DNA from: Escherichia phage vB_EcoS_HZ_ZJUN2
Sequence record: PP216084
Reading direction: 5' to 3' (one strand)
DNA length: 64,000 nt
The notes beneath the pieces are model-generated. The model ran no database searches and was not told the origin of the DNA. It worked only from the letters and a program-made list of their open reading frames with translations. This document shows positions 39,068-47,286 of the stretch, piece after piece. Every line of letters begins with the position of its first letter. Position 1 is the stretch's first letter. The position numbers and the translations under genes were made by a program.

Positions 39068-39476
39068 GATCAGTCTCCTCTAGTTCGTCAACGATTTCAA
39101 AATTATGAGTTGAGTAGTGTGGCACTACTACTAGCTGACAAAGTCTTTCAAAATTCTCCAGAGTTTGAATTTCAGAACCATAGTTATAAAGGTTCATCTT
39201 AATAGTTCCACGATAGTCTGAGTCGATCACTCCTGCGGTATTTGCAATCATCAAATGACGTTTACCTAAAGAACTACGAGGAACTACCAAACCGAACCAA
39301 CCTCGCGGAATTTCCACCGCGACACCGGTGTCAATCATCAAGGATTTGCCTGGTGCAATAGCACGTAAATCTGCAGCAGGATTAGTACCAAAGAATGCTC
39401 GCAGGTCCATACCTGCGGCATCTTTGGAACCAATCTTAGGCATACAATCTGGATGAGTTAATTTAATTTTAATCAT
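39030..39476 (-). CDS. dut: dUTPase, 148 aa
   Basis: Motifs AAGMDLRA, PRSSLG, GVIDSDYRG typical of trimeric dUTPases. Confidence 0.8.
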   Translation of the reverse strand: MIKIKLTHPDCMPKIGSKDAAGMDLRAFFGTNPAADLRAIAPGKSLMIDTGVAVEIPRGWFGLVVPRSSLGKRHLMIANTAGVIDSDYRGTIKMNLYNYGSEIQTLENFERLCQLVVVPHYSTHNFEIVDELEETDRGEGGFGSSGSK

Positions 39477-40348
39477 TGTTCTGCAATCTCCAAAATATCT
39501 TTTGTAAACTTATCTAATACATCTTGACCTACAGCAGCAATAGCATCCACACAGTAGGTAGGTAAATCAACCAGAATTAGGTTTCGATAAAGCAATTCTT
39601 CCGAAGCATTTAAATTCTGTATATATTTCTGTTTTCCAGGCAATGGAAGCTGATCAATAATATCCAGAACGTTACCAAATTCACGAATAATATTATACCC
39701 GCGTTTTGCCCCAATACCTTCAACACCTCGGATATTATCCCCTAAATCACCCATAATTGCTTTCAAAGAGATAAACTGCTCTACATCGTCAACACTATGA
39801 TGCTCATACATATCACGAAGATGATATTCACGGCGTGTTGTGAAAGAGAAGCGAGAAACTTTATCTGTTAATAAAGTATCCCAGTCACCGTCTGTAGAAA
39901 TCAACCAAATGTGGTCATATAGATGCCCGATTAGCTTAACAATATAGGCTGCCATGTCATCTGCCTCTACACCACGAATAGTGAATGTTGGGAATGTAGT
40001 TTCACATAGTTCGAAAGCATCTTTCAAATACTCGAAGAACTGCTCATCTAACGCTTTCTCCTCTTCCGTACGCTGAGAGTATTTCTCATCTCGATTCCCT
40101 TTATACTCGGGGAGATGCTCCAGGCGGAATGCAGACTTCCCTTTATCTCCTAAAACTATTGTAGTTCTAGCAGAATAAGATTTTGCAAGAGACTGAATAG
40201 TGGAAACATAACTTGAGGCAAATGGTTTTTTACTATTGTTATGCTTGAAGCGAAAGCCTAAGTTAGTTCCATCGACAATCATTAGATTACGACGGGAAGC
40301 CATTTCAGCTTCCTCTTCTTCAATAAATTTTCCCCAGGATTTACTCAT
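39473..40348 (-). CDS. D15: Flap endonuclease / 5'-3' exonuclease (D15-like), 291 aa
   Basis: N-terminal MIVDGTNLGFRF PIN-like nuclease motif, helix-hairpin-helix region; length equals recalled T5 D15. Confidence 0.8.
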   Translation of the reverse strand: MSKSWGKFIEEEEAEMASRRNLMIVDGTNLGFRFKHNNSKKPFASSYVSTIQSLAKSYSARTTIVLGDKGKSAFRLEHLPEYKGNRDEKYSQRTEEEKALDEQFFEYLKDAFELCETTFPTFTIRGVEADDMAAYIVKLIGHLYDHIWLISTDGDWDTLLTDKVSRFSFTTRREYHLRDMYEHHSVDDVEQFISLKAIMGDLGDNIRGVEGIGAKRGYNIIREFGNVLDIIDQLPLPGKQKYIQNLNASEELLYRNLILVDLPTYCVDAIAAVGQDVLDKFTKDILEIAEQ

Positions 40349-40830
40349 TATTTAATTAAGTCCTCAACAGATGCATGATGTAGCCACGGCTCAAATAAAC
40401 CAATTACGATTTCCATGTCTTTCTTATTTAACACCATATGGGTACGACTCATTAAGTTGTCAACCATCGGGTCTGAGCTATCCAAAGCTATTAACCACTG
40501 TCCTCTGTCTTTTTTGAATATTAATGCAGGTTTGGAGTTCATCTGCTCACCTTCACGTGAGCACTGCTGCCACCATTTCTCTAGGGTGGATTCGCCAACA
40601 TTAAATAAATTACTTGATATATTATCATCTTTATACCACTTAACTTCGAAGCAGTATTTACTAATGTGTCCGCTTTGTGGTGGAAGGTAGATGTCACCTT
40701 TCAGTCCGTGGCTCTGGCCAAAAGCACCAGAGCCAGGAACACGTTCCCACTCAAGACCTGTACGTTCACGTAAAATATCTCTTACCTGATATTCACCACG
40801 TTTACCCTTCTCTCTACTATCTACAGCCAT
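40348..40830 (-). CDS. D14-like protein, 160 aa, possible resolvase-like nuclease
   Basis: KGKRGEYQVRDILRE...VPGSGAFG resembles Hjc-type resolvase N-terminus; weak. Confidence 0.4.
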   Translation of the reverse strand: MAVDSREKGKRGEYQVRDILRERTGLEWERVPGSGAFGQSHGLKGDIYLPPQSGHISKYCFEVKWYKDDNISSNLFNVGESTLEKWWQQCSREGEQMNSKPALIFKKDRGQWLIALDSSDPMVDNLMSRTHMVLNKKDMEIVIGLFEPWLHHASVEDLIK

Positions 40831-41339
40831 TATTCCTCTGGGAAATTTAATACTGCGAAATCACCGAAGTATTCTTTTGCTTTAATATCATATGCTTTGG
40901 CGGCCTCCTCTAGAGTATTAAAAGATCCTAAGTTCTCTCTAATACCAGTATTAGGGTTCTTAATTCTAGCCCTGGGTTTACCATCTCTACCGTTGGGGAA
41001 ATCTAAACCTTTATACTTAGTAGTCTTAGATCTAGAAGCTCTATTTTGGGCTTGCTGGGACTTAGAAGCATTACGTAAGTTATCTGGAGTATCATTTTGT
41101 CTATTTCTATCTTTATGATCCACTGAGTCTGCCCAGGTACCGTTTGTCATAAAGTAAATTAAATCGTATACTCTATATTCCGTCCCCTTAATACTTGTTC
41201 TATAATATCCATCTTTCGATAGGGATCCAACTCGAGACCCTCTTTTAGCTGATCCTACCGATTTTCTATAGAATAGAGTACCATCCCTAATTTCATACCT
41301 ATCCTGTAGGAACTCTATAGTTATATCTTGCTTTTTCAT
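40830..41339 (-). CDS. HNH homing endonuclease with AP2 DNA-binding domain, 169 aa
   Basis: HNH_3-like DHKDRNRQNDTPDNL and AP2-like YKGLDF...NTLEEAAKAYDIKAKEYFG. Confidence 0.65.
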   Translation of the reverse strand: MKKQDITIEFLQDRYEIRDGTLFYRKSVGSAKRGSRVGSLSKDGYYRTSIKGTEYRVYDLIYFMTNGTWADSVDHKDRNRQNDTPDNLRNASKSQQAQNRASRSKTTKYKGLDFPNGRDGKPRARIKNPNTGIRENLGSFNTLEEAAKAYDIKAKEYFGDFAVLNFPEE

Positions 41340-43174
41340 TCTAAGTAGGAGAATCCTTCTGCATCTTTTTTGACAGTAATCTTATGAGCCAGTGGGTGAG
41401 AATGCCCATGAGAAACAATGATAGAATTTAGACTTTCTTCCTCATTTAATAGTTCAACAAGGGTGTCAAGTCCTTTAGTATCAATAAAGCTAATTACTTC
41501 ATCGAGGAATAGAAGATTAATATTAACTTTACTAATAGATGTTAGTAGCATTCGAATAGCTAACAGTGTTGCTAGGTTGATTCTACTTTGCTGACCAGTA
41601 GAGCAGTTCTCCATACTGGTACGATTTCCATCATTGAAGATTACTACTTGTAATTTTGTTTCATCAAGTTCAAATCCAAGTGCGAACTTACCCCCAGTCA
41701 TAATGGAAAGGTATTTATTAATTAGTTCTTCAAATACTTTCACACTATGCTCTAGCTTATATCCTACCAGATTTTTCAATGCGGCGATTAGAATATCGAG
41801 ATCAGCAACAGCCTCTGATACCTCATCCAGTTTGGAAGTAATCTCAGACATTTCTGCCTCAGCTTTCTCAATCTGTTCTAGTTTCGCCCTATATTTTGCA
41901 TTGGCTAACTCGACATTTGCATTATGCTCTTTGGCAATTGCAACCTTAGAACGGCCATCAGCGATTTCCTGTTCTAATTGTCGGATTTGCACCTGTAGGT
42001 TTTGCACATTGAGTTCTTCAAAAGAAGCATCACTCATTGAATTTTTGAACTCGTCTCTAGCTACCACTGCTTTATCCAAAGCATCCTTTGCTCTAGTATA
42101 CGCAACGTACTCAAGTTGTTCTTTCTTCAACTGTTCTAACTTAGCTTCAAGAGATTGCTTCTCTTTGAACAGAGGATCATATTCTGTTCTAGCCATATTC
42201 ATTGCTTTTTGAGCAGCAGTTGTATCCAGATGAGTACCACAAGTAGGACATTCAGTATTTGCAGCCTCTTGCTTGAACTTCTGATAACGTTTCTTAACTT
42301 CGCTCGCACGTGAGGTCACAATCGTTAGGTCACGCGTAACACTCGAGATCTCTTCATTTTGGTCGGTGGGCGCAGGCAAATTTTTGAAAGGCTCGAAAGA
42401 TTGTTCGGCAACTTGTACAGCTTTGTCCAAATTACGCAATTTAGTAATATTAGCCTCTTGAGACTTGGCTAATGCCGCCTTAATTTTCGATTCAGTAAGT
42501 TCTTGTGCTAATGGCTCTTCATCAAACTCCGGTACTTCTACAGGTTCCTGCAAAGTTCCCAGATTATTCTTTCCATTAAGGATTTTCGTAATTACAGCCA
42601 TTTGGCCCTGCAAATTATTTAAGGTATTTGCTATTTCTTTACGGTCAGCCTTAATAGTTTCTGACATTTCTTTATACTGTTCTTGATTGAACAAGTTAAC
42701 AAGAAAAGCCTTACGTGTTGCATCTGTTGCTTTTAGAAAGTCTAGATTGGAACCCACTGATTGATAAATCAGTTTGGTGAATGTTTGGAAGTCACCACCC
42801 ATAATCTCTTCAATCATCTTGTATGTTTGAGTTGCCGTGTGGCCACTAATATCTTCTCCATTCTTAATAAGAGTTACTTTAGCAGTTGATTTAACTACTT
42901 TATGCAATTCATACTCATCTTCATCTTTTGAGAAGTAAGCGTGCATATCATACTCTTTTTTCGGAGAAGACCAGGAGAACAGAGCGTCCTTCTTAATACC
43001 GCGTGAGTTCTTATTATAAAATAGTTCTTCAATAACAGTGGCGATGGTGGATTTTCCTAATCCATTGCCACCAATTAGCTGAGTAACTGGATTCTTATCG
43101 AAATGAATTACGATGTCCTTACCGTAAGACATAACGTTACTAAATTTTAGTGTCTTAATTGTAATCTTTGACAT
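41336..43174 (-). CDS. D13: SbcC/Rad50-like recombination ATPase (D13-like); ORF track extends to 43255 but ATG at 43174 is the likely start
   Basis: N-terminus MSKITIKTLKFSNVMSY, Walker A GGNGLGKST, long coiled-coil with CPTC zinc hook, D-loop LLFLDEV. Confidence 0.75.
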   Translation of the reverse strand: MSKITIKTLKFSNVMSYGKDIVIHFDKNPVTQLIGGNGLGKSTIATVIEELFYNKNSRGIKKDALFSWSSPKKEYDMHAYFSKDEDEYELHKVVKSTAKVTLIKNGEDISGHTATQTYKMIEEIMGGDFQTFTKLIYQSVGSNLDFLKATDATRKAFLVNLFNQEQYKEMSETIKADRKEIANTLNNLQGQMAVITKILNGKNNLGTLQEPVEVPEFDEEPLAQELTESKIKAALAKSQEANITKLRNLDKAVQVAEQSFEPFKNLPAPTDQNEEISSVTRDLTIVTSRASEVKKRYQKFKQEAANTECPTCGTHLDTTAAQKAMNMARTEYDPLFKEKQSLEAKLEQLKKEQLEYVAYTRAKDALDKAVVARDEFKNSMSDASFEELNVQNLQVQIRQLEQEIADGRSKVAIAKEHNANVELANAKYRAKLEQIEKAEAEMSEITSKLDEVSEAVADLDILIAALKNLVGYKLEHSVKVFEELINKYLSIMTGGKFALGFELDETKLQVVIFNDGNRTSMENCSTGQQSRINLATLLAIRMLLTSISKVNINLLFLDEVISFIDTKGLDTLVELLNEEESLNSIIVSHGHSHPLAHKITVKKDAEGFSYLE

Positions 43175-44132
43175 ATTTCGCAGCTCTAGCCAAGATTCTA
43201 TCAATGTCGCCTTGAGATAGCTTCTCGACTTCACGGAAGTAAAGTTCAAGTTCACCTAACATATCAAGATCAACAAGATTTAACTTAGCGTCTTTAGTAA
43301 CTCGATGGTTAATCTTCTTATCTAATAAATCAGAGTCTTTGATAGACTTTAGTTGAACAACGTCGCCAGTAACTTCATAGACTACACGATCATAATCACT
43401 AGGTTCCATCTCTTCACCAGCTCCGATTGTTTTACGAATCAGTTGTGGTAAATCCCCTAGTTCAATCCATTCTACTTTTAATGTGTCGGTATCAACGATA
43501 AAGCAACCATTTGTACCTTTTGTGCGTTCTCTATGGAACGTTGTAGTTAATGGAGAACCTGGGTAGAGAAGTCTAGTAGATCCGATAGTCTGGCTATTAG
43601 TATAAGAATGTAAATCGCCAGCAATTACAGTATCATAACAGTTGTACTTAGTTAGATCAATTTCTGGTTTTACATGTGGAGGGATTTCACCACGAACATG
43701 CGTGAAACATAGTTTTGATTCAGCAGGTTTCCATTTGGATTTATGGATCTCATCATACGGAACAATATCAAATTCAGGGGAACGATATGGTTTGGTAATT
43801 ACTTCCCACTTACCACTCGTTACCTTATTAATAACCCCCGCGTAATGATACAGACACGAAATGGTTTTAGTTATTAATTCATGATTACCTGTAAATACCA
43901 TTCCTATATGATCTAGTCTAGACATAAATTTTTCTAGAAGTTCTACTTCTTCCGACGACGGGTCGGAATGATCAAATAAATCACCGCCAATAATATGCAA
44001 ATCACAGTTATGATTATGGAATATATCATTTAACCGTTCTCCTAGCATCAGGAAGCGACGCTTCTGCCATTCTTTGGGTATCTTATCTTGGCCCAGCTTA
44101 ATATGATGATCAGCACTAAATAATATTCTCAT
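43155..44132 (-). CDS. D12: SbcD/Mre11-like nuclease (D12-like), 325 aa
   Basis: Phosphoesterase motifs SADHH, GGDLFDH, GNHE. Confidence 0.8.
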   Translation of the reverse strand: MRILFSADHHIKLGQDKIPKEWQKRRFLMLGERLNDIFHNHNCDLHIIGGDLFDHSDPSSEEVELLEKFMSRLDHIGMVFTGNHELITKTISCLYHYAGVINKVTSGKWEVITKPYRSPEFDIVPYDEIHKSKWKPAESKLCFTHVRGEIPPHVKPEIDLTKYNCYDTVIAGDLHSYTNSQTIGSTRLLYPGSPLTTTFHRERTKGTNGCFIVDTDTLKVEWIELGDLPQLIRKTIGAGEEMEPSDYDRVVYEVTGDVVQLKSIKDSDLLDKKINHRVTKDAKLNLVDLDMLGELELYFREVEKLSQGDIDRILARAAKYVKDYN

Positions 44133-44135
44133 AAG

Positions 44136-44162
44136 TTAAAAAGAAAGGGGCCGAAGCCCCTC
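44136..44162 (-). terminator. Hairpin with UUCG loop plus U-run (attenuator/terminator candidate)
   Basis: aggggc-cgaa-gcccct at 44145-44160 with A-run 44138-44144 on plus strand. Confidence 0.45.
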
Positions 44163-44168
44163 TATTCA

Positions 44169-44942
44169 TTAGTCATCCAGATCGCTTGCAGCTTCTTGGT
44201 CAATACCTTTCTGGGAACCAGCATTGCTGTTACCAGATTTGGCATCATCATCTTTATTCTCACGACCTTCCATGAAGGCTTGAATTGCTTCTTTCTGCTC
44301 TTCATAGGTAGGAACCGGATAGGTTTGTTCCAGAGAAGGAACTTTCTCGAACTTAATGATGTCGCCATCTTCGTCACACATAGCTTCACCAATCAGATCT
44401 ACATCCGCAGCATATTGCTTAGATTCTGCACTGTTAGGATCTTGCAGCTTAATCTGGAACTGCATAGCAGCAATCTGCTGTACATCATACTCAGTATCGA
44501 AACCTTTGCCTTTTTTCTCGATAGAAATATCAATATCAAACGGAGTTGCCAGGTTCAACTGCTTCATGATAGACTGGATGCCTTTCAGAATAGTAGCCTT
44601 GACTTCCATTACTTTCAGTTTGTTATCAGAACGGTCAATAACAAAGGCGATATAGTTTTTCTTCGGTTTCAGCGGAACACGATTACCATCTTTATCCAGC
44701 TCTTTCTCGAAGAAGCCCATCTCATGAACCGGATCAGCTTTACCACGAACAAAGCTCTCTTTGTCACGGTTAAAACGGAGACATTCGAAAGGAGCTACGT
44801 TACCCTCTTTATTAGTCAGCCAATAGACATAACGTGGAAGAACACCAGAAACGATACGAACACGAGTGATGCCGTTGTTGAACTTCAGGAATTCGATTTT
44901 ATCGTTAGAACCGCCAGTAGTTTCGCCCCAAGACTTAGCCAT
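44169..44942 (-). CDS. D11-like protein, 257 aa, with acidic C-terminal tail
   Basis: C-terminus DDDAKSGNSNAGSQKGIDQEAASDLDD; function not recognised. Confidence 0.5.
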   Translation of the reverse strand: MAKSWGETTGGSNDKIEFLKFNNGITRVRIVSGVLPRYVYWLTNKEGNVAPFECLRFNRDKESFVRGKADPVHEMGFFEKELDKDGNRVPLKPKKNYIAFVIDRSDNKLKVMEVKATILKGIQSIMKQLNLATPFDIDISIEKKGKGFDTEYDVQQIAAMQFQIKLQDPNSAESKQYAADVDLIGEAMCDEDGDIIKFEKVPSLEQTYPVPTYEEQKEAIQAFMEGRENKDDDAKSGNSNAGSQKGIDQEAASDLDD

Positions 44943-45219
44943 ATTTTATTTCCTCTTTAAAGATTAATTTCGATTTGTTAATTGCGATTAGTGGGTTAGT
45001 GTCGATTACTAAACGTGGTATCCATACTGGAACATATTGCATGTCCAAGCTAGGATCGTTTGTAAACTTGTATTCGGCATAATTTCGTAGACTTAAAATT
45101 CCTAGATATTCTGCCAGTTGTCTATTAGACAATTTATTTGGATTATCAACTATTGTTGATTCATTCAAAATGAATGAGGAACCGACCAATAATTGGTGAG
45201 CATCAGGCTCTGTAAGCAT
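44935..45219 (-). CDS. Hypothetical protein, 94 aa
   Basis: ORF in track; downstream of tandem early promoters. Confidence 0.4.
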   Translation of the reverse strand: MLTEPDAHQLLVGSSFILNESTIVDNPNKLSNRQLAEYLGILSLRNYAEYKFTNDPSLDMQYVPVWIPRLVIDTNPLIAINKSKLIFKEEIKYG

Positions 45220-45326
45220 TCTTTTGAATAGCTTAATAATTAGGTCGGAATTTCCTCTAGCTAGTAAGTATAGCTTTTCATAATCGAAGAATTTAATTTT
45301 TGTTTTCTCCTCGAATTTATGTATAT

Positions 45327-45356
45327 ATTATACTAGATTTCGAGAGAATTTAGCAA
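45327..45356 (-). promoter_or_regulatory. T5-type early promoter (TTGCTA-18-TATAAT on minus strand)
   Basis: Reverse complement gives TTGCTA...TATAAT then conserved leader ATAAATTCGAGGAG. Confidence 0.5.
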
Positions 45357-45427
45357 CTAAAATTTTTATTTTTCTGCTTCGGACTTTCTTATCAATCCGA
45401 AACTTTCTCTCTCAAATTTATGTATAT

Positions 45428-45457
45428 ATTATACATCATTTATGAGCTGTTGCCAAA
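45428..45457 (-). promoter_or_regulatory. T5-type early promoter (TTGGCA-17-TATAAT), overlaps 3' end of helicase gene
   Basis: Reverse complement; followed by leader ATAAATTTGAGAGAG. Confidence 0.45.
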
Positions 45458-46792
45458 TGCAATTTTAGCTAATTGAACTGCTTTCTCCGGAGTCATAGTA
45501 ATAGTTTTCCACCCGTTGTTACGATATACTGCCATACGTCCAGAAGCCTGTCTTAGTCCAGTGCCACCTTTCATAATTAGATCTACAACAATAGGGTCTA
45601 GTTTACCCTCGACAATACGTTGAACACGTCCTGCAAGCTGTTCAATGAGAGATTCATTATTAATGAGACTTCCCATTATTAAACAAGATAACTCATTAAG
45701 AGAAATACCTTCAGAGAAGATACTTTGAGCTGCTGCAAGTACACAAGGTCCACCTTTTGCTATATCTTCCTGAATTTTTAATCGGTCATCTAAGTGGGTT
45801 GCCCCTATAATTTCATATGTTGTAACACCACGCTGTGCAAGAGCTTCTAGTACTGTTTGGATTAACTCTGTTCTGTCACTTACAATGAGTACTTTATGCC
45901 CCATATTCACATATAAATGTGCTAGATTTATAATAGTCTCTCGATATTCAGGATGGTTGTACACATCATTAGCACGTAATGCCCAGGGTACGTTTTGGTT
46001 TCCTGATAACTCAACAGGTACGGAGTACCTATGGATTGTAGGTGCAACAGTATTATTAACCGGTGGGCTAAAGATCTTATATCCAAAGAAATCTTTGAAC
46101 ATAACTTGTAGACCATCTTTACGTTTTAATGTTCCAGATAGTCCAATCTTATAGCGAGCACATGATATTTCTAGGAAGTTAGTGAAAGTTGTGGCCACAC
46201 AATGGTGAACTTCATCAACTATAACAGTACCGAATACTTTAGACAGATTATTCGCATGTTTATTCACTGTTTGAATATTACTGACCACAATTGGTGGATC
46301 AATATTGTATTTCCCAGAACCTATGATACCCGGTTCAAACCCAAACCATTTACGAACTTCTGCCGCCCACATTTCACGAATAGATGTGTTGGTACAAATT
46401 ACCAAAGTTTTCTGGCCAAATTTATACGCAAGTGCAAGGGCTAGGATAGTTTTACCAAATCCAGGCTTACCATTAATAATACAGGTATCATCGCATTCTT
46501 CGTATATTGGAAGCTGATCTTCTTCACGCAGCTTGAACTTAGGTTTTGGTATATCTACCGGAGCTAATGTGCGTTTATCAACTAATTCATATTTTACTCC
46601 TTTAACATCTAGTAAATCCAGACGCGTGATAGGAATCCACTTAATCTCTTTAGCAACAACACCACTATTCTTATACATAATAGGGTATTTACTAGTCATT
46701 GTCTCTATGTGATAAGTGGTTTGCTTACTACAATAATCCCAAAGTTCATCATCGGGCTTGAAATATGCTTTATTAGATATAACAACCTTCAT
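45440..46792 (-). CDS. D10: SF2 DNA helicase (D10-like), 450 aa
   Basis: Walker A GKPGFGKT, DExH box VIVDEVHH, helicase C-terminal motifs. Confidence 0.8.
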   Translation of the reverse strand: MKVVISNKAYFKPDDELWDYCSKQTTYHIETMTSKYPIMYKNSGVVAKEIKWIPITRLDLLDVKGVKYELVDKRTLAPVDIPKPKFKLREEDQLPIYEECDDTCIINGKPGFGKTILALALAYKFGQKTLVICTNTSIREMWAAEVRKWFGFEPGIIGSGKYNIDPPIVVSNIQTVNKHANNLSKVFGTVIVDEVHHCVATTFTNFLEISCARYKIGLSGTLKRKDGLQVMFKDFFGYKIFSPPVNNTVAPTIHRYSVPVELSGNQNVPWALRANDVYNHPEYRETIINLAHLYVNMGHKVLIVSDRTELIQTVLEALAQRGVTTYEIIGATHLDDRLKIQEDIAKGGPCVLAAAQSIFSEGISLNELSCLIMGSLINNESLIEQLAGRVQRIVEGKLDPIVVDLIMKGGTGLRQASGRMAVYRNNGWKTITMTPEKAVQLAKIAFGNSS

Positions 46793-47286
46793 AATTTTAT
46801 TCTAAGTCTAGGAATTTCAGGCTCCTCTTGATGGACTTGATAAATAACAGGGCTATTATTTACCAGAATATAGCTTATATAAGCTGGAACATAGGATAAT
46901 ACAAATGGATATGGAACTTTAGCTACATAGCATTGGTATTTTCCGTTATAAATTCTAGCTGAATGCAAAACTTTAGAGGTGACAACATCATAGAACGTAG
47001 TTTTCTTCCAGTTAATAAGATTTCCATCAGAATCTATAAATTGGCTACGCTTTGACCCAACTAATTGAGACAACATTGATATTCTACCCCTAATAGGATA
47101 GAGCTTGTATGGTAATTCTTTCCGTTTCTCAAATAGAATAAGTCTACGTTGAGAAAAAGTGCCAGGCAACTTCCTGTTATCTAGCACATATTTATTATAC
47201 CTTGTTGTAATTACGGAATAATCACCTTCTTGCTCAATTGATACAAACGCCCGTAAAGCATATACGGGCAATTTGAAATCAAGCAC
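46789..47286 (-). CDS. Hypothetical protein, 165 aa
   Basis: ORF overlapping both neighbours by 4-8 nt; function not recognised. Confidence 0.45.
   Translation of the reverse strand: MLDFKLPVYALRAFVSIEQEGDYSVITTRYNKYVLDNRKLPGTFSQRRLILFEKRKELPYKLYPIRGRISMLSQLVGSKRSQFIDSDGNLINWKKTTFYDVVTSKVLHSARIYNGKYQCYVAKVPYPFVLSYVPAYISYILVNNSPVIYQVHQEEPEIPRLRIKL

Noticed and set aside
41634-42212. Plus-strand 192 aa ORF
   Set aside because: Antisense to the coiled-coil region of the SbcC-like gene; Ser/Ala/Phe-rich artefact
44196-44960. Plus-strand 254 aa ORF
   Set aside because: Antisense shadow of the D11-like gene; Phe/Ile/Leu-rich low-complexity product, no RBS
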